NCBI GenBank assembly: GCA_963777155.1
Contig: CAVZPM010000036.1
Location: 64,001-128,000, forward strand
DNA length: 64,000 nucleotides
From: Candidatus Bathyarchaeota archaeon
GTDB lineage: Archaea; Thermoproteota; Bathyarchaeia; Bathyarchaeales; Bathycorpusculaceae
Direction: 5' to 3'
Each line of letters begins with the position of its first letter. Position 1 is the first letter of the stretch. The notes beneath the pieces are model-generated. The model was not told the DNA's origin and ran no database searches. It saw only the letters and a program-made list of their open reading frames with translations. The position numbers and the translations under genes are program-made. Positions 20,954 to 31,915 of the stretch are shown piece by piece.

Positions 20954-21154
20954 ATGAAACTAAATTGGATTATCACTCTTCTTGCAGTATTATTCTTTTT
21001 TGCGGTAGGCTTTCTGATACTATATGATAATTACACTCGAGTTGGAATCTGGTTTCAGTTGTCGGACCTTCATCACGAGACTTTTGCTATGTTTTCCTTT
21101 GCACTTGCTGTAGGGATACTCATAGGTGCAATCATCGTAACCATCAAGAAATAG
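20954..21154 (+). CDS. Small two-TM membrane protein
   Basis: Two TMs flanking a DLHHE motif. Confidence 0.65.
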   Translation: MKLNWIITLLAVLFFFAVGFLILYDNYTRVGIWFQLSDLHHETFAMFSFALAVGILIGAIIVTIKK

Positions 21155-21184
21155 AGTTGCAAGCATTAAAATCGCGAAATAATT

Positions 21185-22885
21185 TTGTTTTTTGCTGAAA
21201 GGTCTATCGGAACGAGCAAGATTTCTGAAACATCTTGTGTTTATATCATCCACAAACTTAACTATAACATGCAATTTTGCCTTAAAAGGGGAGTTGTACA
21301 ACTCAAAAAGGCTAAATCAACTATAATTTTAATTTTGATCATAACTATGCTTACAGCATGTCTCCTTGCAACTTCAAGAGTTGTTTTAGGAAGTGTACCC
21401 GGCACTATTTCAATAACTTTCGACGACGGCATGCAGGACAATTACGATTATGCATATCCGTTGATGCAAGCTAGAGGCATCGTGGGAACGTTCTACGTCA
21501 TCACAGACACACTGAGCGATTTCTCACACAATAACACCTACCTAAGCATAACCGAACTTAAGACCATGCAAAACAGTGGCAACGAAATAGGCAGCCACAG
21601 CAAAAACCACCCAAATTTTACTAACTTAACTGACCAACAGATACGAGACCAATGCAGTATTTCCAAGCAGGTATTACAATCCAATGGACTTACAGTAAAT
21701 AACTTTGCTTATCCTGGGGGTGCCCACAACGCCCAGTCAGATTCTATCGTTTCTCAATATTATCGTTCTGGTCGAGGAACATTTGGAAACATCGCAACCT
21801 GCATAATGCATCCTCCCGTGTCTCAATGGTTCATTCCAGGATTCACAGGGGACACAGGCAGCACCTCAAATGTGTCGCGGCTAAAAAGTGCCGTTGACCA
21901 AATATGCGCAGCTAACGGGTGGGCAATATTCTATTTCCATTGTGTAAGACCAACCGTTACAAGTCCTTACATGATTAGCACGCAGGATTTTGCAAGCTTC
22001 CTTGATTATATCGTTTCAAAAGGTGTAACAACGGTGACCGTAAACCAAGGTTTGAACCTTGGTAAGCTCCCTACACCTGTGCCAACTCCATCGGCAACGC
22101 CAATTCCAACACCTAGTATGTCACCGACCCCTAGTCCAACTCCAATACCCTCACTGGTTCCAACTCCCACGTTAACACCCAGTCCCACACCGACTTCAAC
22201 TCCAACAATCACACCGACTCCATCACCTGATCCAACCCTATTGCCGACGCCATCACCCTCTCCATCTGAAGCTCCAACTCCTGCACCAACTCCAACTGAA
22301 ATATCTATTCCAGCAGTCACTCCTATTCCGACAACATTGCCTACTCCAATCCCTACTCCGACTCCGACAATAAAGGCGTCGCCTTCTCCGACTCCATTAG
22401 AAACAACCGTTAAAGCAACGACGGATAGTGGTTCAATAGTTGAGCTTGCAATCAGAGGAAACATTACTAGCTCACAGATGTCCAACGTTACCATAGCAAC
22501 AAACCAATCGTCCGCAACAACAGTAACTTTTACAGTAACAGGAGAAGGCGGTAACACAGGTTTTGGGAATGTTACAATTCCAAAGAGTCGGGTACCCTAC
22601 GGAGAGACATTGACAATTACCAGTCAAGGTCAACCAACTCAAGACCAAGGCTTCACACAGGACAATGACAACTACTACGTATGGTATTCAACCCATTTTA
22701 GCAAACATGAAATATCGATTGTTTTCACAACTCTCTCTAATTCGCCTAGCCCTTCAGTTTCTCCTAACCAGGTACAGTCAAGTTTACTTCAAGAAACAAT
22801 CTTTGGACTAGTTGCCGCGGCAGCTATTTTGATGATCCTTTCAGCTATTCTTTTATTAAGAAAAGCAAGAAAAAACCAACAATAG
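21185..22885 (+). CDS. Membrane-anchored polysaccharide deacetylase with long P/T linker
   Basis: TFDDG, GSHSKNH, FAYPGG, YFH motifs; paralog of the 13893 catalytic domain; C-terminal TM + RKARK; true start likely near 21269 or later. Confidence 0.88.
   Translation: MFFAERSIGTSKISETSCVYIIHKLNYNMQFCLKRGVVQLKKAKSTIILILIITMLTACLLATSRVVLGSVPGTISITFDDGMQDNYDYAYPLMQARGIVGTFYVITDTLSDFSHNNTYLSITELKTMQNSGNEIGSHSKNHPNFTNLTDQQIRDQCSISKQVLQSNGLTVNNFAYPGGAHNAQSDSIVSQYYRSGRGTFGNIATCIMHPPVSQWFIPGFTGDTGSTSNVSRLKSAVDQICAANGWAIFYFHCVRPTVTSPYMISTQDFASFLDYIVSKGVTTVTVNQGLNLGKLPTPVPTPSATPIPTPSMSPTPSPTPIPSLVPTPTLTPSPTPTSTPTITPTPSPDPTLLPTPSPSPSEAPTPAPTPTEISIPAVTPIPTTLPTPIPTPTPTIKASPSPTPLETTVKATTDSGSIVELAIRGNITSSQMSNVTIATNQSSATTVTFTVTGEGGNTGFGNVTIPKSRVPYGETLTITSQGQPTQDQGFTQDNDNYYVWYSTHFSKHEISIVFTTLSNSPSPSVSPNQVQSSLLQETIFGLVAAAAILMILSAILLLRKARKNQQ
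22344..22530 (+). repeat. Inverted repeat copy A (187 bp)
   Basis: Identical to the reverse complement of 27725..27912 except for one extra base in that copy. Confidence 0.95.
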
Positions 22886-23775
22886 GCTGAATCTTCAAAG
22901 AACAATTGCTTTGAGTATAACATAATAAACACTCTAAACGGCATGTTCTCCTTGCACCTGTCAGAAATTTCTTCAGTGGTTTTGGGTTTTCCTGAAGCGG
23001 GGTTGCTTTGAACCTTCTTGCCCCTGGATACGCCGCCCGCAAAATTCATTTTGTTCTCTGTGTGTGGGTGTGGGGCTATAAAAATTTACACCACACTTGC
23101 GGTTTTGCAAAGGGTTGATTTTTTGGTTTGGACTGTTTTCCTCTTGTGGTTTATGTGTGGGAAGAGGGTTTAGCCCACACAGTCAACATAGAATTTATGT
23201 TGGAGTGTGTGGGTGTGAGTGTGGAGCCATGTTAGCGCTTCTATCTTGTGTCATGTGCCTGTTTTTCTTTCTGATTTTAAACTTTCTACCTTTACACGCT
23301 ATGACACTGGAAGCAACCAGGGAACACACCAGAACCAAAGACATCTTACACGTCATGAAATTACTCGGCAACAAAAACATCCAAAATACCCTATTATTCA
23401 GTCCCTACCTTTCAAGAACGACGAGTTCCATCCCTTCTGAAGGGATAGTAAAATCATCTCAGGTTTTATCTTTAAAGAGAGGCGACTGGGATAGCTAGGC
23501 ATTCTTCGTTTTTGTTATTTTGTGGCAGGATACAGCTTGAGTATATTAAAGGACTATTACTGATTCGAAATATGATTCATATTTCTGTTTACCTCAGAAT
23601 GTAATTGTATTGTCTTGTTGGTGAGGATTAGTCGGGGAAGGCGTCTATGAGGGTATTGTCTCCTAGTGGACTCAAGGAGCGAATTAGTTGGTTTATCTAC
23701 GTTAAGTGGGGTAGCTGGCGCTGTTTTGAGTGTTTAAGTCTTGCTTTTTCGAGTGTTGATGGAGGAGAAATATAG

Positions 23776-26106
23776 TTGGGTCGGCGCTGGAAGCTGTTTC
23801 TTTGTGGGTTTGCATTTTGCTTGTTGGTTGTTACGTCTTTCTCAACGGTTCTTTCTGGGTCCTTGCAGGGTGCCGAGGGTGGTGTATCCCAAGCTGACTC
23901 TAGCTTGCAGGCTATAGGAGCGGAAGCTGTAGAAAATTTCACGATTGTGGTCTTGCCCGACACTCAGTTCTACAGTGAGAGTTACCCGGGGATATTTGAC
24001 AATCAGACTCAATGGATTGTTAATGAGCAAGAAAACTTGAATGTAGTATTTGTCACGCATGAAGGTGACATCGTGAATCAAAATGCGGTGGCTCAGTGGC
24101 AGAACGCGAATCGGAGCATGAGCAAGTTCGTTGATAATGTGGCTTGGGGGGTTTTACCCGGAAATCACGATGGCGCTGCCTCTGGTGGAAGCTTGACAAA
24201 CTATAACACATTTTTTGGTTATAGCCGATTTGCAGGTGAGATTTGGTATGGGGGCCACTACTTGAGCAGCAACGCGAACAATTATGAGTTGTTCTCAGGT
24301 GGAGGAGATGACTACTTGATTTTTCATTTTCAGTATCAACCAAGTGATGCAGTCTTGGCTTGGGCTAACAGCACAATAGTCGGCTATCCTGATAGGAGGG
24401 TGATTGTTGTGACTCATGATTATCTGAATGTGGATGGATCAAGGACAACTGAAGGCAATCACATATGGAGTAGTTTTGTTGCTCCTCATGCTGATCAGGT
24501 AATGCTTGTTCTTTGTGGTCACAACCATGGCGAAGCGAGACGAAGTGATACGGTAAACGGTTTTGTGGTTCCTCAGCTTCTGGCAGATTACCAAGCTGGG
24601 ACCAACGGTGGAAACGGTTTCTTGCGAATTCTTAAGTTCTGCCCCACTCAAGACAAGATATATGTTACCACGTTTTCACCATACCTCAACAGTTATGATA
24701 ATGACGCAGATAGCAAGTTTACATTGAATTATGATATGTCAGGGGGGTTTTTGGTAAGTCTGCAATCGCCCAATGATGCAATAACCACTTTGGATAATAT
24801 GCCTGATTTCAAATTTGTCGTTTCACATTCGAATCAGTTAACGTTTAATTGTTCTTTGTGGCTGCAGAATGCGTCTTACCAGGCCATTTTTGCCAGCAAG
24901 ATTAACTTAATTAACGGTTCGCTCACCACGGTAACGCCCGACTTGCCGATTCCAAACGGTAATTGGTTGTGGTGGATAAACTGCACCGACGGTTCCGCGA
25001 GCAGCATCAGCGATAAGAGAACAATTACCATCAATGTTTTCAGAGGAGACAAAACGTTTGTGGCTAGTTACGATGGCAGCACAAGGAATTATTGGCTTGA
25101 TTTGCCGGATAATTTTGACACCGCACGTTCAACGCCGCTTGTGTTCTATTTGCATGGTTATGGAGGCAGCAGGTATTCCTATTATCAACAGTTGCCTGTT
25201 CTTAGGCAGGTATTTCAGAATCACACCTGGATTGTTGTAGCTGTTGAATGCCGAGAAAAAAGCGGGTATGACGATTGGTACATTGAACAAACAAGAAGTG
25301 ACATTACAGATGTATTGAACCTACTTAGAAATGAGTATACAATAGATTCCAGCCATATACACGTCGTGGGAGCGAGCATGGGAGGAGGCGGAGCACTAAA
25401 GTACGCCATGTTCAACCCTCAAATTATCGCCAGTTTGGTCGACATATACGGAATAACCAATTTCACTAAATTCTACAATGACGACACCCAAAACCAGTTT
25501 ACTGCTTCGCTTAGGGCAGCTTACGGTGGAACACCCTCACAGGTCCCTCTGGTCTATGCAAACGAGAGTGCGCTGGGAAACGAAGTTCGCTTCCAACATA
25601 CACCCGTAATGATTATTCATGGATCCAGTGATCTAACAGTTAATGTTGCCCAATCGCGAGCACTTAACCAAAGCTTAAGCATACTTGGATACACCGTCAA
25701 GTACATCGAGGTGCCAGGAGCAGGTCACAGTGCATCAATTGTTAACGGCAGGGAAATGGTGATTTTCAACTGGCTTAACGATCATCCTATGGGAGGCAAT
25801 ACGCACCTTCTGCTCAACATTCAGCCAAACCAAGATACTTATACAAAAGGACAATCGTTAACCTTGGTTGTGACTGCGTTTAATGAGCATACCCCCGCTC
25901 TAGAGGGCATCTTAACGTTAGCTGTCACTGGAGCGAGCGAATATGGCTATTTTGATTTTCAAACAATAAACGTAACGTATGGCTCAGTTAGAGAGTACAG
26001 TTTCGATTGGAGTATTCCAGATGTAGCCGGAACCTACGTAGTGGAAGTCAGTCTGGTTCCAGCACAATTGACGGCGTATGACACAACATGGCTAAAGGTG
26101 AACTAA
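23776..26106 (+). CDS. Secreted metallophosphoesterase / alpha-beta hydrolase fusion with shared C-terminal domain
   Basis: PDTQ, EGD, GNHD, TH and CGHNH calcineurin-like motifs; HGYGG, GASMGG, HGSSD and GAGH hydrolase motifs; ends LTAYDTTWLKVN. Confidence 0.85.
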   Translation: MGRRWKLFLCGFAFCLLVVTSFSTVLSGSLQGAEGGVSQADSSLQAIGAEAVENFTIVVLPDTQFYSESYPGIFDNQTQWIVNEQENLNVVFVTHEGDIVNQNAVAQWQNANRSMSKFVDNVAWGVLPGNHDGAASGGSLTNYNTFFGYSRFAGEIWYGGHYLSSNANNYELFSGGGDDYLIFHFQYQPSDAVLAWANSTIVGYPDRRVIVVTHDYLNVDGSRTTEGNHIWSSFVAPHADQVMLVLCGHNHGEARRSDTVNGFVVPQLLADYQAGTNGGNGFLRILKFCPTQDKIYVTTFSPYLNSYDNDADSKFTLNYDMSGGFLVSLQSPNDAITTLDNMPDFKFVVSHSNQLTFNCSLWLQNASYQAIFASKINLINGSLTTVTPDLPIPNGNWLWWINCTDGSASSISDKRTITINVFRGDKTFVASYDGSTRNYWLDLPDNFDTARSTPLVFYLHGYGGSRYSYYQQLPVLRQVFQNHTWIVVAVECREKSGYDDWYIEQTRSDITDVLNLLRNEYTIDSSHIHVVGASMGGGGALKYAMFNPQIIASLVDIYGITNFTKFYNDDTQNQFTASLRAAYGGTPSQVPLVYANESALGNEVRFQHTPVMIIHGSSDLTVNVAQSRALNQSLSILGYTVKYIEVPGAGHSASIVNGREMVIFNWLNDHPMGGNTHLLLNIQPNQDTYTKGQSLTLVVTAFNEHTPALEGILTLAVTGASEYGYFDFQTINVTYGSVREYSFDWSIPDVAGTYVVEVSLVPAQLTAYDTTWLKVN

Positions 26107-26171
26107 ATGAAACAAAACTATGTGTTTATTAGTTTGAAAATTTTGAAATTTCTTATTTCAGGTGTTAGCAT

Positions 26172-27278
26172 ATGATAAGAAATAGTCGGTTTGTTATTGC
26201 GTGCATATTGCTAGTTCTAGTAATCAGCTTGATTAGTTACTCGTATATTCACAACGTTAAAGCTTCGGTTCTATTCCAAGATGGATTTGAAACAGGAAAC
26301 TTTAACACTTGGGTTTTCAGCAACGGACAAATAACGAGCACTTATAAAAACTCGGGTAACTATGCAGCCTCTTTTACAGGTTGGCCTTGCTACTGCGAAA
26401 AAACCTACTCGGGATACACCCAACTTTACATGGGCTGCTACGCAATGATTTCCAGTCTTCCAAACACTGACAATGAAATTGCATTTCTATTCTTCTTTGA
26501 TAGCTCTTGGAACAAACACTCCGCTATCGGTTTCATAAACGATGGCGGAAAACTGGGTCTACAACTACATCAAATGGTTCCAAACGATGATTACCGTAGT
26601 TACTACTTCAATTTACAGACCTACACGTGGTACTGGGTAGAACTTGAATGTACAATAGCGAAATCTGGAGAAGCAAGAGTATGGCTCGATGGGAAAGAAG
26701 TAATGACCATCACCAATATTGACACATCAAATTGGAACATCAACTTACAACTCTTTGGTCCACAATACCAAGATAGTCAGCAGAAAACTGTATACCTTGA
26801 TGACTGCGTAATCTCATCAACCTACTATAACCCAACATCAAATCCTACACCGACACCTACAAACACTCCTGCACCTACGGCGTCACCAACAGCAACTCCA
26901 AGTCCAACGCAAAGTCCGAGCCCCACTCCTACAACCACGCCTACACCCACTCCAATATCTTCTCCTTCGCCCACACCAAAGCCATCCCCAACGCCAACTG
27001 CTACACCTACCCTTCCGCCTTCGGTACCTATGAAAAACTCGTTAAAAGTAGATTCTAACGTAACACTCACTGGAGCCGACCTAAGAAAAGTCAGCAGCAC
27101 ATCATACAACTTCTATATAACCATAGTTAAAAGCGGAACTAACCATATTAATGCTGAGATAGCTAAAACTATACTGCCTCAGGTCTCCTACCTCAGAGTT
27201 TACATAAACAATACAAACAAACCCTTCACTTATGTTAACCAAGGAGACAAATGGGTTATAGATGTCATAACAACATAG
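26172..27278 (+). CDS. Secreted protein with ConA/jelly-roll-like domain and P/T linker
   Basis: Signal peptide, LFQDGFETG, WYWVEL...VWLDG...YLDDCVIS pattern, P/T linker. Confidence 0.7.
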   Translation: MIRNSRFVIACILLVLVISLISYSYIHNVKASVLFQDGFETGNFNTWVFSNGQITSTYKNSGNYAASFTGWPCYCEKTYSGYTQLYMGCYAMISSLPNTDNEIAFLFFFDSSWNKHSAIGFINDGGKLGLQLHQMVPNDDYRSYYFNLQTYTWYWVELECTIAKSGEARVWLDGKEVMTITNIDTSNWNINLQLFGPQYQDSQQKTVYLDDCVISSTYYNPTSNPTPTPTNTPAPTASPTATPSPTQSPSPTPTTTPTPTPISSPSPTPKPSPTPTATPTLPPSVPMKNSLKVDSNVTLTGADLRKVSSTSYNFYITIVKSGTNHINAEIAKTILPQVSYLRVYINNTNKPFTYVNQGDKWVIDVITT

Positions 27279-27724
27279 TCATTGAGCAATCTTAGCTAGT
27301 GCTTCCAAGATAGTGCTGGAGAAGAAAAAGAAGTCTACCCATTTCTGTTTTTTATTTATGGTATTAATAACTCTTAGAAATTCAATAAATGCTTGATTAT
27401 GTGTTTTCGGGTTTTCGTCTTAAACGTTTGACGGCTAATACTGTAAAAATCAAAACTATTTCTGGAACGAACAAACCGATGGAGAGCGCATTTAAATAGG
27501 ATGCTGGTTGAGGCGTTAATAATTTTTCAAATTGTATATTTATTTGATGGGAACTAAATTGGGTTGTGTACCATACGTAAAAGTTTTCAGGATCTTGAGT
27601 GTAGCCCTGATTGCTTGCTTGTTGGCTGTCTATAAATACGGTTGGGGCGGTTCCATCTGCTATTAGAGTTTTTGGTATTGTAATATTACTGTAACCTGTG
27701 GTGCCGCTTTCGCCTGTCAGGAAG

Positions 27725-27912
27725 AAAGTTACTGTTGTTGCGGACGATTGGTTTGTTGCTATGGTAACGTTGGACATCTGTGAGCTAGGTAATGTTTCCT
27801 CTGATTGCAAGCTCAACTATTGAACCACTATCCGTCGTTGCTTTAACGGTTGTTTCTAATGGAGTCGGAGAAGGCGACGCCTTTATTGTCGGAGTCGGAG
27901 TAGGGATTGGAG
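27725..27912 (-). repeat. Inverted repeat copy B (188 bp)
   Basis: Reverse complement of 22344..22530 plus one inserted base. Confidence 0.95.
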
Positions 27913-28949
27913 GGCTTGTTGGTTTTGGTGTTGATACCGGCATTGATGTGGGATTTGGTATTGATGTTGGTGTTGGAGTTGATTGTGGAGTGGGCTCTGG
28001 CGTTGCGGGCGGGGAATTTGTTACTTCGAACAAATTGCTGACTCCTGTGCAATTCCCATAATTAACTGTGATATTGACGTCCGAGCCAGGAGCATTCACG
28101 GTAACTGAAGTCGAGCCTACACCATTAATGAAAGCATCAACCGTGCTAGGACTAATCGATCCTGCAGAATAAGTCAGTGAGGGCGAGCCGACATAGCTTG
28201 TAGCGGTGTTTCCATACACGTCTTTAGCCGTTACAGTTATGCTGAAAGCAGAACCAGCAGTCTGAGGACTACTGATAAGAGCAAAAGTGAAACGGTTAAG
28301 AGCTCCAGGATTAACCGTAAAGATGTTGCTTGTTCCAGACACACCCGAACCAGTTGTAAAAAGCGTAACTACAGAACCTGCACCAGTAACCGTCACTGAA
28401 CCTATCCAAACACCATTCGAGAACGAACCAGTGACAGATGGACTAACAGTGCCAGTTGAAACATTCAAAGCATTAGCTCCAATATAGTTCGCAATAAGAT
28501 TATTGGAAGCATCCTTAGCTGTAATTGTTATGTTAAACGATGTACCCGCAGTCTGAGTACCAACAGAAATAAACTCAAAATGATCAGGTGGAGGAAAATT
28601 CACGGTAACAGACACAGCAGAACCCGTAGCACCATCATAGTTAGTATCGCCACTGTAAACTACTCGGAACTGGTAACTACCAACAGTTGGAGGAATATAG
28701 GTCGTAGAAGCCGAACCACTGCTCAAAGGCACCATAGAAGCGATGTTTGTCCATGAACCAGTACCGATTTTAACTTGGAAAGTGGCCGTACCAGTCGGAG
28801 CCGCGCCTCCAGAAACACCAGAAATAGAAACAGAAGCTGTAACTGTATTATTAACGATAACTGGGTTTGGATCAACTAACGGAACTGGGACACTTGGATT
28901 AGCCTTATTTACAGTTAGAGATGCAGTACTCCCTGTTATGGTATTGTAG

Positions 28950-29350
28950 TTGTTGTCGCCACTGTAGACTGCGCGGATACGATAGTTGGTTCCTACCGTG
29001 TTGGGAGTATATGGATCTGAAGTTGCAGAACCAGTAGACAACGTCACTACAGCGCCAAGTTGGGTCCATGTTGAACCGCTGGTTGTAGAATATTGGAATG
29101 TTACTGTTCCCGTCGGAGTGATACCTGAAACTCCAGAAACGGTTGCGGCAGCAGTTACTGATCCTCCAAGTTGGATGGGGCTTGTTGGGGTGAGAGTTGG
29201 AGCTGGAACAGTTGGATTAGCCTTATTAACCGTTAATGATGCCGCGTTTCCTGTTGCACCATTGAACTTGTTGTCGCCACTGTAGACTGCGCGGATACGA
29301 TAGTTGGTTCCTACCGTGTTGGGAGTATATGGATCTGAAGTTGCAGAACC
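28950..29350. repeat. Two identical 83-bp direct repeats (28950-29032, 29268-29350) in tandem Ig domains
   Basis: Exact match with 318-bp spacing, encoding GSATSDPYTPNTVGTNYRIRAVYSGDN. Confidence 0.9.
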
Positions 29351-29834
29351 TTTAGACAACGTTTTGTTAGCACCAAGCGCATTCCAAGTTGTACCGCTGT
29401 CAGTTGAGAATTGGAATGTTATTGTTCCGGAAGGTGTACCTCCAACGCCACCTACAATAACGTTAGCCGTCACAGAACCGCCTAAATTGATGGGGCTAAC
29501 TGGACTAAGGCTTGGAACAGAAACAGTTGGGGAACCAGCAGCTTTGACGACTTGCGAACTTGCAAGTAGGCACATTGAAAGCAAAATCAAAAATGCTACT
29601 ACAAGCAATTGTAGTTTCTTCATACGCTTCAACTTGATGTTGATAGTTGACCTAAGTTCGGGTCATTTATCTACTAAAATACAAGGTTTCTATTTGGTTA
29701 AACCTTTCCTAATCTGATAATCTCAGAGTTGCACATGCATAAAAAAGATAAGGCATAATTCGTTAATAGAGTCAACAGTAATGAGAATGCTTTCTCCCAC
29801 AGTTTTTTGATGAAAAATGAGGTAAAAAAAGGGG

Positions 29835-30533
<699 letters not shown>

Positions 30534-30834
30534 AATACCAGTATTGTCCCACTCGATTTAAATTATCTTACCTTAACTTAGCTGGCTATTCGATTTTCAA
30601 GAGTGACAATATCAACAAATGCTCATAGGTTGTAGTGCGGCTTAGAAAAAGCAGGAGAGCATATTACTGAATCTTGGTCAAAAATCATTTACAGTGCCAG
30701 AAGGGTAGTTGGGAACGCAAGTCTAGAGAAGTAGTCTATCCCAAATAACCCAACAAAAATTCATTTACGAAGACCTGGTTTTTATTTGAAATTAGCTTTT
30801 TTTTCTTTGTTTAAATTAAAAATGGCAAATAGGG

Positions 30835-30966
30835 TTACTGGATTTTTTTTCCGCAATTGGCACATAACGTGGATATATTGGGATTACTGGCTCCACAGTA
30901 ATTGCAAGATATATCCTTTTCAGAGTTTTTTGAGGCTGTAGCTTCTCTTTCATGAGGGTCACTCAT
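30835..30966 (-). CDS. Zinc-ribbon microprotein
   Basis: From ATG 30966: MSDPHE...CNYCGASNPNISTLCANCGKKIQ. Confidence 0.6.
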   Translation of the reverse strand: MSDPHEREATASKNSEKDISCNYCGASNPNISTLCANCGKKIQ

Positions 30967-31314
30967 ATAATCAATCATCCTTAAAGTGGAAACCAAACCA
31001 CTTAAGCAATCTATCAATTCAAAGATAAATAGACGAGTGATAGCATGGTTACAACCACGTTTTTGACTGTAAATAGAACAGCTATGACAGCTAGATTATT
31101 TGAAGACTAAGCGCCCAAATAAATCTGAGCACTAAAGACAAACACCAACAACTTGGCTTATCTGAAATTCATAAAGATTTTATAAATTATGCCCCAAATA
31201 AGAAGATGTAAATGAGTTATGAAGAACCAGAAGAAACGAATCAAAGAACGAAGAGAAAAAATATTATCTGAAATCATCAAATAAAACCATTCTATGGTAT
31301 ATGGCCAGGTTATA

Positions 31315-31662
31315 CTAAAGTTTCATCTTAGCTAATTCTCTGTTGATTTGTTGACAAGTCTCATATACATCCTCAATTTGAATCGGGAGTCCCTTAACTT
31401 TAGACTGAAACACCCCAGCGGACATTAAAATAATCCCAAGACTCTCGCTAATAACTGGCACTGGAACCAAAAAAACCGTGACTCCAAGCTTAATCAGTGG
31501 AGAGACGGAACCTTTGTTTTCTCCCCTAAACAGCTTCTTTGTTTCATTTGCTTCCTCCAAAGACTTGCTCAATAAAGTGACGGTTTCCTGATAATTCAAT
31601 CCTCTTTCACGTAGCACTTTAATGAAAGTTGCAGTATCCTCAATTCTGGTATTAACCATCAA
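31315..31662 (-). CDS. Hypothetical membrane-associated protein
   Basis: 115 aa with a central hydrophobic hairpin (FLVPVPVISESLG). Confidence 0.6.
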   Translation of the reverse strand: MMVNTRIEDTATFIKVLRERGLNYQETVTLLSKSLEEANETKKLFRGENKGSVSPLIKLGVTVFLVPVPVISESLGIILMSAGVFQSKVKGLPIQIEDVYETCQQINRELAKMKL

Positions 31663-31915
31663 TTTGTCTCCGCGGGGGATAACTTTTTTTTAATGCTAAC
31701 TAAAGAAATAAAGACTTAATCAAGATGTACCTTTCGTTTCAACATTTTTTTGCAATCCCAAAACAGACTCTCTAAATAGGAAACATTCAATAAAATTGAA
31801 CAATAGAAAGTTATCTTTGAACGAGATTTATTTTATACTTTAGGTTAACCGAGTTGGGCAACTATAACAAGTTTAATAAAAAGAAAACATCCAATATGAA
31901 TTAGCAGTTGATTTC

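Larger units (their letters stand above)
27397..29632 (-). pseudogene. Ig-like-repeat surface protein split by a +1 frameshift at about 27788
   Basis: YSGDxNY Big-type repeats; removing one base joins ...IRGNIT to SSQMSNVT... exactly as in the 21185 protein; C-terminal TM + KRLRRK. Confidence 0.85.

Noticed and set aside
22060-22400. CCA/ACT-rich tracts as DNA repeat elements
   Set aside because: They simply encode Pro/Thr linkers.
22006-22557. G/V-rich antisense ORFs (also 26825..27109, 27792..28061, 28287..29717)
   Set aside because: They are shadows of P/T- and S/T-rich coding sequence on the opposite strand.
23097-23498. 133-aa ORF and overlapping small ORFs
   Set aside because: The Cys/Val/Gly content follows from GT-rich low-complexity DNA; no protein-like motif.
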